A stretch of DNA of 37,732 bases from positions 1 to 37,732 of the forward strand of contig JAUCBJ010001388.1 in the NCBI GenBank assembly GCA_032718475.1, given 5' to 3'. Both the position numbers and the translations under genes were made by a program. Shown piece by piece: positions 1 to 11,200 of the stretch. This DNA comes from Nemertoderma westbladi. Lineage: Eukaryota; Animalia; Xenacoelomorpha. The notes beneath the pieces were generated by a model that saw only the letters and a program-made list of their open reading frames with translations, was not told the origin of the DNA and made no database searches. The first letter of the stretch is position 1. The number at the start of each line of letters is the position of its first letter.

Positions 1-190
1 AATTTCGGTGTTTTCATAATATAATAAAGTGTTTTATGTTACAAATAATTACTGGTTAAGAAATAAAAAAAAAAAAAAAAGGAAAAGTCATAAAATTTCA
101 GATTCCCAACTGCGTTTGTTTCAGAATTATAATAAAAAACCACGGGGGGGGGGGGTCATATTGACCCCCCCCCGGGTTTAATAGGGTTAA
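1..190. mobile_element. Right end of a piggyBac-like non-autonomous DNA transposon (extends off the window)
   Basis: Ends in CCCGGGTTTAATAGGG followed by TTAA (187-190). The reverse complement CCCTATTAAACCCGGG matches the terminus CCCTATTTGGCCCGGG after TTAA at 36294-36313 at 13/16 positions. TTAA plus CCC termini are typical of piggyBac. Confidence 0.5.
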
Positions 191-643
191 ACGCCTACAG
201 TATATCTCAGCTGTTTCTCAACGAAAATTAGGTCCTGTAACATATTTGGAATCCTTGCAACGCAAGCTTTCTTTTGATATGAAAAAAAATAAGACTAATG
301 TCAAGCAAGAATGGCCACGATATGGAGGGTGTGATTTCGCAAAAGACACTTTTAAACGCTTATAAAAAATTTTAAAGGCAAAATTGAAAATTCCGGCTTC
401 ATGGTAACGACCAGGGTGAGTTGAACTAGTTTTGTTTCAAATTTCAAGCAATATGTTAAAGATTCGTAGCAAAATTTGGGGGTCATTGTAATCAGAAAAT
501 GACACTATATTACGGGTTATGGTGTAGTTGTTTGTATATTGCTTTAAACTTATGATACTGCTGTACTTCGTAATTTAAATAAATGATTAATTTTAATTAA
601 AAAAAACTATTCTAGTATTTGATATGATCAATTGTTAGGAGTT

Positions 644-845
644 ATGGATGTTAAGGTCAAGTATATTTTTTACATCATTATTATCGTTGCAATTTCAGCA
701 AACGTTTTGTATGGCATTTCATTACTATATGACTCGTCAACCCATTTTGATCGATACATTCAAATTGAACCTACTTTACGGAACATTTACAACCTCACAA
801 AAGGGAAATATATGATAGAAAACCCCAATGGATGTTATAATATTC
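644..845 (+). pseudogene. 5' part of an intronless GT31 beta-1,3-glycosyltransferase (type II membrane anchor and stem), interrupted by a LINE
   Basis: ATG at 644, then the hydrophobic anchor YIFYIIIIVAISANVLYGISLLY and MIENPNGCYNI. It joins in frame to 6838 once the LINE and one TSD copy are removed. Confidence 0.8.
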
Positions 846-879
846 AATTCAATTCAATTCAATTATATTAACCTTAAAA

Positions 880-904
880 CTTTAGCCAGCATGCTGGACT
901 AAAG
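880..904 (-). other. 3'-terminal stem-loop of the LINE RNA
   Basis: CTTTAG-CCAGC-AT-GCTGG-A-CTAAAG inverted repeat about 15 nt from the tail. CR1/L2-group LINEs characteristically carry a 3' stem-loop. Confidence 0.6.
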
Positions 905-1422
905 GCAGTGAAATGGCACCGAAGTTATACATTAAACTGATAGTTTAAAAGGTCAAAGTCAGCGGGCTGGATGGACTTGGTCCATCTTCTATGTACGTGT
1001 TGACACAATATAATTTGTAAATAATAAATAATACGACACTAAACAATAGAATAAGATATTTACTGTACACATTACAACCGTACTTAGTTAACTAAAGTTG
1101 TATGGTGTATGGTTAAATAAAACTACGTGCATGGGCCAGGCTCAGCCATACATAAACTATTAGCGTACTATCGCATTATCAACCCGTATTATCAAGCCCA
1201 TCCCATGCATAAACATGCACTTCCGCACACCCCACACATACCATGCATAAATAAAACCAATATCCACGTACTCCATACTTAAATATCAATACACAGTATA
1301 GATAAAATAACACGAAAAATTACAAGCCTTACATACTTGCCCCCCCCCCCCCCCCACCCCACCCCCCCCCCCCCTTCCCTTCTTTTATAGCCTGACTTTT
1401 ATAATAATGTATAGTTAAGTGA

Positions 1423-4400
1423 TTATGTTACTGCTTTTCTTTCATATTGTGTTATGTAGTAATTTTCCAATAGTGATAAAAAATTATTATTGAGTGCAAA
1501 TTTACGAATGTTATTAGGTAAATTGTTCCATGATTTTATGCATGTGACAATAAAAGAGTTGTGACCAAATCTGTTTGTTGTTTTTGGAACTTTTATTTTT
1601 TTAGTTCGTGGATTTATTTGCCTATTAGATAGTGATATTTGATTGATGAACGGGAGTTTTAATGATTTAAATGCTGGGATAATGTTGAACATGTATTTAT
1701 AGAAATATTGTATTGCGTGGTATTCTCTCAGTGCGTTAAGGTGCGGGATCCTAGCTAATTGTCTTAGTTCTGTTCCTGAAGTTTCTCGTATTTTTTTGTT
1801 ATAGATTAGCCTAAGTGCGTAATTTTGAATCTTATCCATTTTGTACAGTAGTTCCTTATATCCGTGAGTATTATTATATGTCGCTGTTAAGATACTACAG
1901 TAGTTATGGTACGGCATGACTAGAGCTTTGTATAACATTAATTTCGTAGAGATTGGCAATTGTCCTTTTATTTGGCGTATTGTGGATGTGGCCGCTGCCA
2001 TTTTAGATGTAGTAGTTTTTATTTGGTCCTTCCATGATAATCTGTTATCTATGATGATGCCTAAATATTTAATTGTGGTTGATTGTTTAATTATGTCATT
2101 ATTAAGCACAAGATGTAGATTATTTAATTCGTCTGTTCTCTTTAATGGGGATATAACAAGAAGTTCTGTTTTATTTGAGTTTAATTTCATACCTAGTGTT
2201 GCGAATAGCTGGCTAATATATGTGATTTGATTGTTTAGTTGTTTTACTGCAGTATGTGCATTTGGGTGCGAGCAATATATAAGAGTGTCATCGGCATATT
2301 GGATTGTTTCCAAATTTATTTGATTTGCAAAGTCATTGACATATATTAAAAACAATAATGGTCCAAGTTTGGTGCCCTGTGGTATACCCCTATTGCAAAT
2401 TTTCCAGTCTGAGAACATTTTGCTTAATTTTACAGCTTGCGGGCGGTCGAGAAGATAACTTTTAATAAGTGCAACAGCATTCGATTGGAATCCAATTTCT
2501 ATTAATTTATCTAGGAGAATGTCGTGCTGGAGGGAGTTGAAAGCTTTAGAGAGATCTAGTACTCCAATAGCAATATATTTTTTTTCGTTAAGTTCGCGTT
2601 TCCAAGACTCGGTTGCAAATAAAACGGCGTCTGCTGTAGAATACCCTTTTCTGAAACCAAATTGCTTACTTTGTAGTATTTTATTGTTGTGTAGATATTT
2701 TGTAATTTGGTGATATATGACTGTTTCAATTATTTTTTCGAATGTTGATGTGACAGAAATAGGTCTATAATTAGATGGTTCATCTCGAGACCCTTTTTTG
2801 AATACAGGAGTAATAAAGGTTGATTTTAGCCGAGAAGGAAAAGTGCTTGACGTTAGGCATAAGTTTGTGATGTGAGTTAGTGGTATGGTAATATACGGTG
2901 CAATTAGTTTTATTAATTTTGGACTTAATATTGACGGACCAGTTGGTTTATTTGTGTTTATTTTAGATATTATTTCAAATATTTCTAATTCGGTTACGTT
3001 CTTAAAGCTGAAACTAGAGTGAACAGTACAATGTCTTTTTATATAGCCAGTGCTTTGAAAGTTACCCAGATTTAGATATGTGTCATTAAGTAGGTTCGCC
3101 ATTGGTAATATGTTATAAATAATAGAGCCTGTTGCGTGATTAATTAAGGACGATATAGTTTGCTCGGTTTTTTTATTATTATTAGTGATTTTATTTAATA
3201 TTGCCCATTTGTCTTTTATTGCAGTTGCATCATTTAGTTTTGATTTTATATATTTATTCTTTAGGTTTTTATTTAGTGAGTTAAATTTATTTCGAATTGT
3301 TTTATAGTCTGCAAAGTCACTTTCACTTTTTGAATGTCTCCACCTGATTAATTTTTGCTGTTTTTCAATATTTAGGGATGATAGTTCTGAGTTCCACCAT
3401 AGTGATATGTTGTGCAAGTTGCTTTTGATATTATTGCTAGATCGTATGCATTTAGTTTTAATTGGTGCATGCTTATCATATATTTCATTTAATTTATTTT
3501 CGAAGTTGTCATAAACGTAATCTACATTGCTTGTAAAATAATTATTCGTCCAGTCAATTTTACTAATTTCATTAAGAAAATCAGATTCATTGAAATGTGA
3601 TAGATCGCGGAATTTAACTGTAGAATATACTGGTTTCGTGTTTTGTGGTGGTTGTGAAATTACTTGTTTGGATTTCAGTACTATAAATTCGTGATCGGAA
3701 AAGTCAGCCGGAAATGTATTGCATTCAATATAGTTATCTGTATTATTTGAGGTGGTTATGAACATGTCTATAAGAGAGCTGGTTTTTGCTTTATATCTAG
3801 TGGGGTGCTCGGTATTTAGGATTTGTAAGTTGTATGTCGTTAGTATTTCCAGGAATTGCTTGTTTTTATAATATGCAGAGTTATTTTTTGATTGGGGGTC
3901 ATATGTGGATTGAATATTAACATTGAAATCACCCATTAGGAGGACATTTTGAGATGCATTGGTAGCATTCTCCATTTCCTCGGTCAGGTCATCCCAAATA
4001 TTATTAGCATGTGGTGGTATGTAGAATACACCTACTAGAGTATCGCCTATATTGATCCACAATGAGTCATATTTTTTATTTTCTTTCTTATAATTGCTTG
4101 TATTGCTTTTATTATTATTCGTTGTAGTGCTATTGTTCCCTAATTTAATATCCCCCCTTGTATTGTATTTAATGTGACTAGGTATGTAAAATAAGACACC
4201 TCCCCCTTTCTTCTTTCTCCTATCCTGCCTTTCAATGTTGTAACCTGATAATTGTATTGATTTTGATGCTATGTGGCGTTTCAACCAAGTTTCCGATATA
4301 CTGATTATTGTGTTAGTCGTTATTTTGGGGTCAGTTTGAAGAAGGTCTTTAATATCATTGTAGTGTTTCACGTGACTTAAAGCGTTAATATGAATAAATT

Positions 4401-5415
4401 TTAGTTCGTTTGGATTATTGACTAGATACTGGCGTAATTGGTACATGTTGCTCCATAACGGCCCTTGAGGCAATATTGCAGGCCCTGGATTTGGGTGAAC
4501 GTCACCACATTTTAGTAACATAATGTTAATTGTTAGGCTAATTATAATTAGTGTGTCGATGCCGGAGGTTATATATAAGTATGCAATGTACAGTATCAGT
4601 TTGGTTGCCTGAGTTGCGTTAATATATGCTCTATGAGTTCTGTATGTTTTGTATATTTTTTTTAAAATTTGATATGTGAGTGATCCCTTAGAATTGTTTG
4701 AATATGTCAATGAATTCCACCACACTGCGTTATACATAATAGCAAGAGTTAAATTAAAATTGTTTGAAAGTGCTGGCCTAGTATTATTACAGGAAACAAA
4801 AAGGGATATTGAAATTATTAAAAAAGGCAAAGCTAGAAAAAATATGAAAATATATTTCTGAATGAATAACTCGAGAGATTGATTTGTTGAAATCTTGCTA
4901 TACAATGATATTATTAGAAGTAAAGTATAACCACTGGAACAGGTGATATTGAATTTAAGATTTTGTCTTCGTGAAGTTTTATTTTGATGTAAGTGTAAGG
5001 GTAGTCTATTATACTTATTCTGTCTTTGTCGTCTGCTGAGGAGGTTCAGTCGGGGTTGGGGGGCTGTAGTTGTTTTGCTGCGCAAAAAATGACTGTCACA
5101 TATTTGTTTTACCAATATGCATAAACATAGACACAACCCACTGAGCCTGGCCTTGGCTATTCCATGCATATGTTTAACAATATTGTTCAAATAAAAATAT
5201 ATCAAATAGAAGCATTTCATTATTGAATAAATTGCACAATTTATTAGGACTAGTGAATTGCGTGTGAAAAAATACATTATCGTGCTCAGCCCGCTGAACT
5301 TTGACATAACTACGATAAATATGATATATAGGCTTAGTAATATATTGAACATAAAAACCCTGTAAATATTATATATATTCGATCGGAAGTTAAAACCCAA
5401 ATGGGTATTACGCAA
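1423..5415 (-). CDS. LINE ORF2: hydrophobic leader, 2A-like motif, AP endonuclease and reverse transcriptase (frame is open up to 5553)
   Basis: APE motifs ISISETWL, GGGVLFY, LMGDFN, SLIDMF and FSDH. RT motifs YRPISV, QFGFR, DLSKAF, GIPQGTKLGPLLF, QYADDT and KYLG. CR1-group C-terminus WNNLPNNIR. No stop codons. Confidence 0.95.
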   Translation of the reverse strand: MRNTHLGFNFRSNIYNIYRVFMFNILLSLYIIFIVVMSKFSGLSTIMYFFTRNSLVLINCAIYSIMKCFYLIYFYLNNIVKHMHGIAKARLSGLCLCLCILVKQICDSHFLRSKTTTAPQPRLNLLSRRQRQNKYNRLPLHLHQNKTSRRQNLKFNITCSSGYTLLLIISLYSKISTNQSLELFIQKYIFIFFLALPFLIISISLFVSCNNTRPALSNNFNLTLAIMYNAVWWNSLTYSNNSKGSLTYQILKKIYKTYRTHRAYINATQATKLILYIAYLYITSGIDTLIIISLTINIMLLKCGDVHPNPGPAILPQGPLWSNMYQLRQYLVNNPNELKFIHINALSHVKHYNDIKDLLQTDPKITTNTIISISETWLKRHIASKSIQLSGYNIERQDRRKKKGGGVLFYIPSHIKYNTRGDIKLGNNSTTTNNNKSNTSNYKKENKKYDSLWINIGDTLVGVFYIPPHANNIWDDLTEEMENATNASQNVLLMGDFNVNIQSTYDPQSKNNSAYYKNKQFLEILTTYNLQILNTEHPTRYKAKTSSLIDMFITTSNNTDNYIECNTFPADFSDHEFIVLKSKQVISQPPQNTKPVYSTVKFRDLSHFNESDFLNEISKIDWTNNYFTSNVDYVYDNFENKLNEIYDKHAPIKTKCIRSSNNIKSNLHNISLWWNSELSSLNIEKQQKLIRWRHSKSESDFADYKTIRNKFNSLNKNLKNKYIKSKLNDATAIKDKWAILNKITNNNKKTEQTISSLINHATGSIIYNILPMANLLNDTYLNLGNFQSTGYIKRHCTVHSSFSFKNVTELEIFEIISKINTNKPTGPSILSPKLIKLIAPYITIPLTHITNLCLTSSTFPSRLKSTFITPVFKKGSRDEPSNYRPISVTSTFEKIIETVIYHQITKYLHNNKILQSKQFGFRKGYSTADAVLFATESWKRELNEKKYIAIGVLDLSKAFNSLQHDILLDKLIEIGFQSNAVALIKSYLLDRPQAVKLSKMFSDWKICNRGIPQGTKLGPLLFLIYVNDFANQINLETIQYADDTLIYCSHPNAHTAVKQLNNQITYISQLFATLGMKLNSNKTELLVISPLKRTDELNNLHLVLNNDIIKQSTTIKYLGIIIDNRLSWKDQIKTTTSKMAAATSTIRQIKGQLPISTKLMLYKALVMPYHNYCSILTATYNNTHGYKELLYKMDKIQNYALRLIYNKKIRETSGTELRQLARIPHLNALREYHAIQYFYKYMFNIIPAFKSLKLPFINQISLSNRQINPRTKKIKVPKTTNRFGHNSFIVTCIKSWNNLPNNIRKFALNNNFLSLLENYYITQYERKAVT
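4480..4521 (-). other. 2A-like (StopGo) oligopeptide MLLKCGDVHPNPG/P
   Basis: Matches D(V/I)ExNPGP except for H in place of E. It lies immediately N-terminal to the APE domain, where 2A-like motifs are known in APE-type LINEs. Confidence 0.75.
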
Positions 5416-5560
5416 AGAATTTGCCTTCAGAGTTAAGCATAATTTGAAATACAGTAGGGCTAACGATACAAACCAGATAAAATCAAGTAGAAGGTACTTG
5501 AATGTTATTAGTGCGAATAAAAAAAAAAAAAAGTGGTACTCATTAGTTTGGACCTAATAT

Positions 5561-6830
5561 TTACCCCTGTATATCATCTGGATTTATAACTTGCAGTAGG
5601 TCTATTAGAGCCGATATCATACCTCGTTTCTTTGCGAGCGGATCAATCTGTACGGCCATTTGTCTGACGGTAGTGAGCGGTGGTGATGGCGTGGGTAGTA
5701 GGGCAGATCGCGCAATGGTAGTTGATACCTGGTTTGCCACGGGAATGACTGACGACTCTTGCGCTCGACCCGACGCTGAAGTAGGTGTAGGTCGTGGCAA
5801 CAAACCAGGTCTCTCAACGACACGGCTATAAAGATCAGTAGGGAGTTGAGTGGATCTTTGTGTCTGTGAAGGCATTGTAGAGGTTGGTACGGGGCCATTG
5901 AAACGCGTCAGCTGGATTTTGTTTGGGTTAACGGCCCGAAACTCAAACAGGTGGTAGCGGATCGATCTCCCAAGCAGCGGAATAAATCTCTCCTTAATAT
6001 GTTTATCATCATACAGGTGTATCCTTGATATCGCATGGTGTCGGGCGAATACAATGTTACGCTGTTGTGCTATTCTTAGTAACCTGCTGTTTATTCTGTA
6101 TACATCTATGTCACGGCGGGGTAAGATCGATGATACAACGATTTCGACAGCCCCCCAGTGTTCCCTCGCAAGATCGATAGCCCTCGTAATATTATGTACG
6201 ACGCGTTGTTCCCCTCCATTAGTATCAATGTCGTTAGTACCCGAGTGCATGTATATACGGTTAATGTTTGGGTATTTCTTCGCAGCAACTTCTATGTTTA
6301 TTAGTATATCTTTGGTAGTCGGAGTCACCATCATTTTGGCATTGGTGTCGACCCGTGTTGTGTTGATATAACGCCTATTACTATCCATCATGAGCAAGGT
6401 AGTACACTTGGTTTGTCTCTGTTTTGATACTTCCTTAAATGGTGGTTCAGTTGTAGGATGATCAACAGACTTTGTTATAGATTCTAATGCCTCGTCGGGT
6501 TGTACATGTACGGATGCGTCCATATTTCCGGTACTTGTAGCTACGGGTTCTTTATCTTCCGGTGTATCGATTATGTTAACACTGCTACCGGTACCTACTG
6601 TATCGATCGTTGCCATCGAAACTGGGGGTGGTGATCGATTGAAGATGGGATCGGTGGGTTTATCAGGACCAGCAGCAAGAGAAAACATTGGCGATGAGGT
6701 GGTGTAATTATTTTCTTTGTTCTGTTGTAATTCTACAATTTCTTTGGACATACGTTCGATTAGGGCGCTATCGTACCGTTGCGTTTGTTCTAGAGTTACG
6801 ATTCTTTTCCCTAGATTATCTATCAAGTTG
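5561..6830 (-). CDS. LINE ORF1 (5'-truncated): coiled coil, SGNH/GDSL esterase-like domain and Pro/Thr-rich tail
   Basis: Heptad-like LGKRIVTLEQ...MSKEIVELQQ. SGNH blocks LLMMDSN, MHSGTNDI, IVVSSILPRRD and YDDKH (about 5950-6410). The frame begins at the insertion junction. Confidence 0.85.
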
Positions 6831-6837
6831 AATATTC

Positions 6838-7575
6838 TCAGTGGCAATCCGCAAACAATTATACTATTGATGATTAAAACGCGAACTACAGCGACAGATC
6901 AGCGAAATGCTATACGCGATACTTGGGCTGCACATAAGGTGATTTAATGATACGAAAATAGTGACTCTATTCGTATTAGGGTACCAAAATCCACAAATTC
7001 AATCCAAAATTGAGCGAGAAAGTGTAAAATATGGCGACATCATTCAAGGCAACTTCATGGATACCTACAAAAACTTAACACTAAAACTATTAATGGCTTT
7101 AGATTGGTCGCAAAAACACTGCAACAAAGCAACGTTCTTTGCTTCGGGAGATGATGACATGTTAATCAATCCTTACAGAATGGTTCAATATCTATCTGGG
7201 GTCAATCGTACCCAGTTTTATGGTGGGAATATCTACGTAAATTTCTGTTCAGGTGCATTATATTTTCTCTCAAGTAATCTTATCCCCCGTATGCTTTCTC
7301 GTGTACCAGATACAACAATGTACGAATGGGACGATCTCTACACCGGATATCTCGTGCGTGGTATTGATAATATTACTGCAAGTCGAATACCTTACATTAA
7401 AATTGCAGGTCCTAATGAATCATTCAATTTGTGTGAATGGATTTCACTCATTGCAACACATAATTTCTCACCAACTACCCTTCGCAGCTTCTGGAAGGAG
7501 TTGCAACTAACCTTTGACTACAACACTCAGCAATGGGAAGATAAATGCGGTCTAGATGGAGGAAAATATCTGTGA
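6838..7575 (+). pseudogene. 3' part (catalytic domain) of the GT31 beta-1,3-galactosyltransferase-like gene
   Basis: Motifs RNAIRDTW, LFVLG, ESVKYGDIIQGNFMDTYKNLTLK, GDDD (DxD), FCSGALY, DDLYTG and THNFSP. Frameshift in the TTT at 6943-6945 and an apparent internal deletion before FCSG. Confidence 0.85.
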
Positions 7576-8219
7576 GGATCTAGAGGATTTTTATACCAGA
7601 TGTTGTGTGAATCTCGCATAAGTACTGCACTGAGAACTATACTGTGCAAACATGCACTGAAGTTGCGATAGGTCCCATTTTAGGCCATTTATAATTAGAA
7701 GATTTCTCGCAAAATTAAACTGTAACCTGTGCTTTTGATTTTCGGGTATTGTGTTGGCTAGAACAACATGTCAAAGTATCTTGCTCCTTTTCATTCATGA
7801 AAAGAACAGAACCTGACGCTGCAGGGCCTAACAACCTAGTAGCTAGTACGCACACTCATTCAACTACACTCTAAAAGTAACTATTTTTTAGTTCAGTATT
7901 TTAGTATTCTAACTCTGAACTACTACACAATCTTGTATACACAATAATATGTTGGCCCTGCAGTACTGTACTGTATGTGCCACCGAGTGGAGTGACTGTG
8001 ATAATGGAGACCAATGAATGAATTTTGTTGTGTTAAACTAATAATTTGTTATGTAGTGACACTCGGATATTTGAACTCATTTGGAAATCTGTAATTTCTG
8101 AAATCATTTTAGCAGTTTGCAGCCCAGAATGATATATGGATATATGTTAAATTGTACAGTATGATTTACAATACCCCTATCTTTACAATACCCCCCCCCC
8201 CCCTATCATTTACAAAGCC

Positions 8220-11200
8220 CTTCACCTTCAACTTATAGAAGAGGACTTCCAAGGCATTGCCAAGGTTGTTGACCTGGCTGACACAATGAAGGAAGCTTCG
8301 AAACAAAGCTCACTCATAGTCCATGCCAATGAGTAACTGACAAAAATCCCACGGACCTGACAAGAACTCCTCCATTAAGTTGCACTTAGACTGGTGACAT
8401 TTCCACCAGAAGTTCGACCCCGAAGGCCAAAAAGTGCCAGCCACCCTGCAGTAACAAGGGAAACACTAGTCGACACTGAGACATGGATCTCTATTCTGCA
8501 TAGACTGATTCTGGGTCATGCCCTCCACCTAGGTTTGTTATCATCACCTCCAATAGCGAGTTCGCTCAACTTTTTTCTGAGTTGCTCCACATTTCTCCAA
8601 CCTCATAATGAAACATTACGTGGAGCCACACTGGGATTACATCATCTACCTCTGGATAGACTACAAATCTTGAGGGAGGTGGGTATAAAGAGATGTGTAT
8701 AATCCGCTGGCCCAGCAGTCCATGGGTGTCTCCTCTCCACATGGCCCAAAATTCTAAGGTGGCTGGTGGCCATGTGGCGATTACCATAACCCGGTACCAA
8801 TATCAAGGACTTCTTGTCCAGACTGTTCAGTGCAACAATACCAAGACGGTGTTCATCATCCCATTTGGACTGTTTGAGTTCCTCCGGATGCTGTATGGTT
8901 TAAAGAATGTGACCTAGGCCTTCCAGAGGCTGATAGACACAGTGTGCCAGGGGGCCATCCACTTCATCTACCAAGACGATGTCCTTGTCATGAGTTAGTC
9001 CCACAAGGAACACTATGTGGACACCTCCATCGCTTCATCAGGTCTTTACCTGCCTCCAAGACCATGGCCTTGTAATAAACCTCACTAAGTGCGAGTTTGG
9101 TTGGTCAACCATTGACTACCTCGGCTGCCACCACTCACCAAGACCTCTGAGGCGGCAGATCACTGTGAGGGCTATACTGCCTTCACAGAGGCAGTTAAGT
9201 TAGCAGCTGCAGAAACAGTTCCTGCATACCCTCGAAACAGGAAACGGGCCCCCTGGACTGACAACAAAATTCAAAAGTGCAGAAATGACCTCTTCAAGGC
9301 GCAGAAAGAGTCCCGACTCAAACAGACTACAGCGGCCAAGAATGCAGTTAAGGCTGCATCTAGGTCCCTGAACAGGCAGTACTCTGTTAATTTACAGGAG
9401 CTAATAAACCAACAGGTTGATGCCATCAATGATGCTGACGACAGCAGGCAATCATCCCAGGCATGGAGATCGTTCAACTTGCTTGCTGGTCGAAAAAGCC
9501 AACCAACCACCTAGTTAAGGCTGAATCACCAGCCGATCGTCTCAATGGTTGGAAGGCCCACTTTGAAAAGCTCCTCAATAATGACAGGGTATTGCCTGAT
9601 AACTTTATAGAAGTGAAAGTGTCTGAGTCTGTACTCACAGATATTCCCATTGGTTTGGTGATATCTCCTTTGCAGAAGTGAAGGCGGCTGCAAAGAGCAT
9701 TAAGACCAATCGTACCAGTGGAGTAGATGGTGTTCCCCCTGAGGTGTTTAAAAGCTCATCTATCCCATCATAGTAGACATGTACCGAACAACAAGAGTCC
9801 CACAAGAAATGAAAACAAATAAGTTGGTGCCAGTTCCCAAGAAGGGCGACCTAACACTCTATGGTTCTTTTTGGGGAATCTCATTGATCTCGATTGCTGC
9901 AAAGCTATACAATAGAATTCTATTAAATCGCATCAGGAATCCTATTGAGAGACTGCTCCGTGGAAATCAGAATGGGTTCCGTAAAGGTCGTGGGACCATG
10001 GAGCCCATTTTGGCACTTAGAAGGATAATTGAAAAGTTATCAAAAAAGAAAGACAGGCATCTGGCTGTTATCTTTGTTGACTTCTTCAAGGCATTTGATT
10101 CAGTCTCTCGCTCACGTATGTTCAGCATACTTTCATTATATGGGATTCCTGATGAAATTATTGCAGCAATCAGATCAGATATGGGGCGTCCTTCAGGGAG
10201 ACACACTTGCACCATTCTTGTTCATAATTGTTGTTGGCTATGTTCTACGCATGTCCTTAGATCATCATAATGATGACGGGGTGATGATAACTCCACCTAC
10301 TGGCTCCAGAAGTCGAGGAAATCCTGCCAAGTACCTAACTGATCTAGACTTTGCTGATGACTTAGGAGTACTCTCAGAATCACTAGAGGGAGCCCAACGG
10401 CTCCTCAGCTCATTAGAACATGCTGCTTCTAGTGTTGGTCTTTTTATTAACTCCAGAAAGACCAAAATTTTGACAGTTAACTTTGAAAGTCCTCAGGAAG
10501 TCTCTGATCGGATGAGCATAAGCTCAAAAGATGATATGCTTGAGCATGTGGACGACTTCTGTTACCTGGGGTCATGGATCCGGAAGTCAGGCGAGGACCT
10601 TCGAATACGTAAGGGAAAGGCATGGGCAGCCTTGAATAGGCTTTCCAGGATTTGGAAGTCACCGAGAATTAATCGGAAACTTAATGTCCGATTATTTAGA
10701 GCAGCAGTAGTTCCAGTACTCCTCTATGGGAGTCCTTGCTGGGCTCCAACTGCTGAGGACACCAAATCTCTGGATGGCACATTCACAAGAATGCTACGCC
10801 GGGTTCATTGTGTCAAGTACAATGCACACATCTCAAACCAGACACTATATAACATTGGAGGTGTCTCATTGGTTCCACCAAGCTTGACACTAGAACAAAA
10901 TCGCCTCCGCTTTGCAGGACATTGCTTTCGCCGTGAGGACCAACCAGTGCACAATCTTGTACTTTGGCAGCCTCATGGAGTGAATAAGCATGGTGGAAAG
11001 CCCATGAATTTCTTGAGACGCATCTTAAAGGACACTGGCCTTGAAGATGCGGTGATCTAGCAAATGTCATGGGTGATAGGGAGTTGTGGCGGTGCAATTT
11101 TGTCGATAAGCTGGCACAGCATTCTTAAAAATGCAGCTGCAATGCAGCATGCCAATCCTAGTAGTAGTATGTTTACATACACCTGTTTATTGTGGTTGAG

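Larger units (their letters stand above)
846..6830 (-). mobile_element. Young, 5'-truncated CR1-group (CR1/L2/Crack/Daphne-like) non-LTR retrotransposon
   Basis: ORF1 with esterase plus intact APE-RT ORF2, 3' UTR 865-1422, (GAATT)n tail 846-864, and TSD AATATTC at 839-845 and 6831-6837. Confidence 0.93.

Noticed and set aside
6831-6847. ORF-track start of the 428-aa ORF1 at 6847
   Set aside because: These bases are TSD and host glycosyltransferase sequence read antisense. ORF1 is truncated at 6830.
7819-7963. MITE with CTGCAGGGCC termini
   Set aside because: The inverted repeat is real but no matching TSD was found, so it is too weak to call.
8388-8410. TGGTGAC as a Gypsy primer-binding site with an upstream 5' LTR
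   Set aside because: The flanks translate as gag remnants and do not match the sequence after the purine tract.
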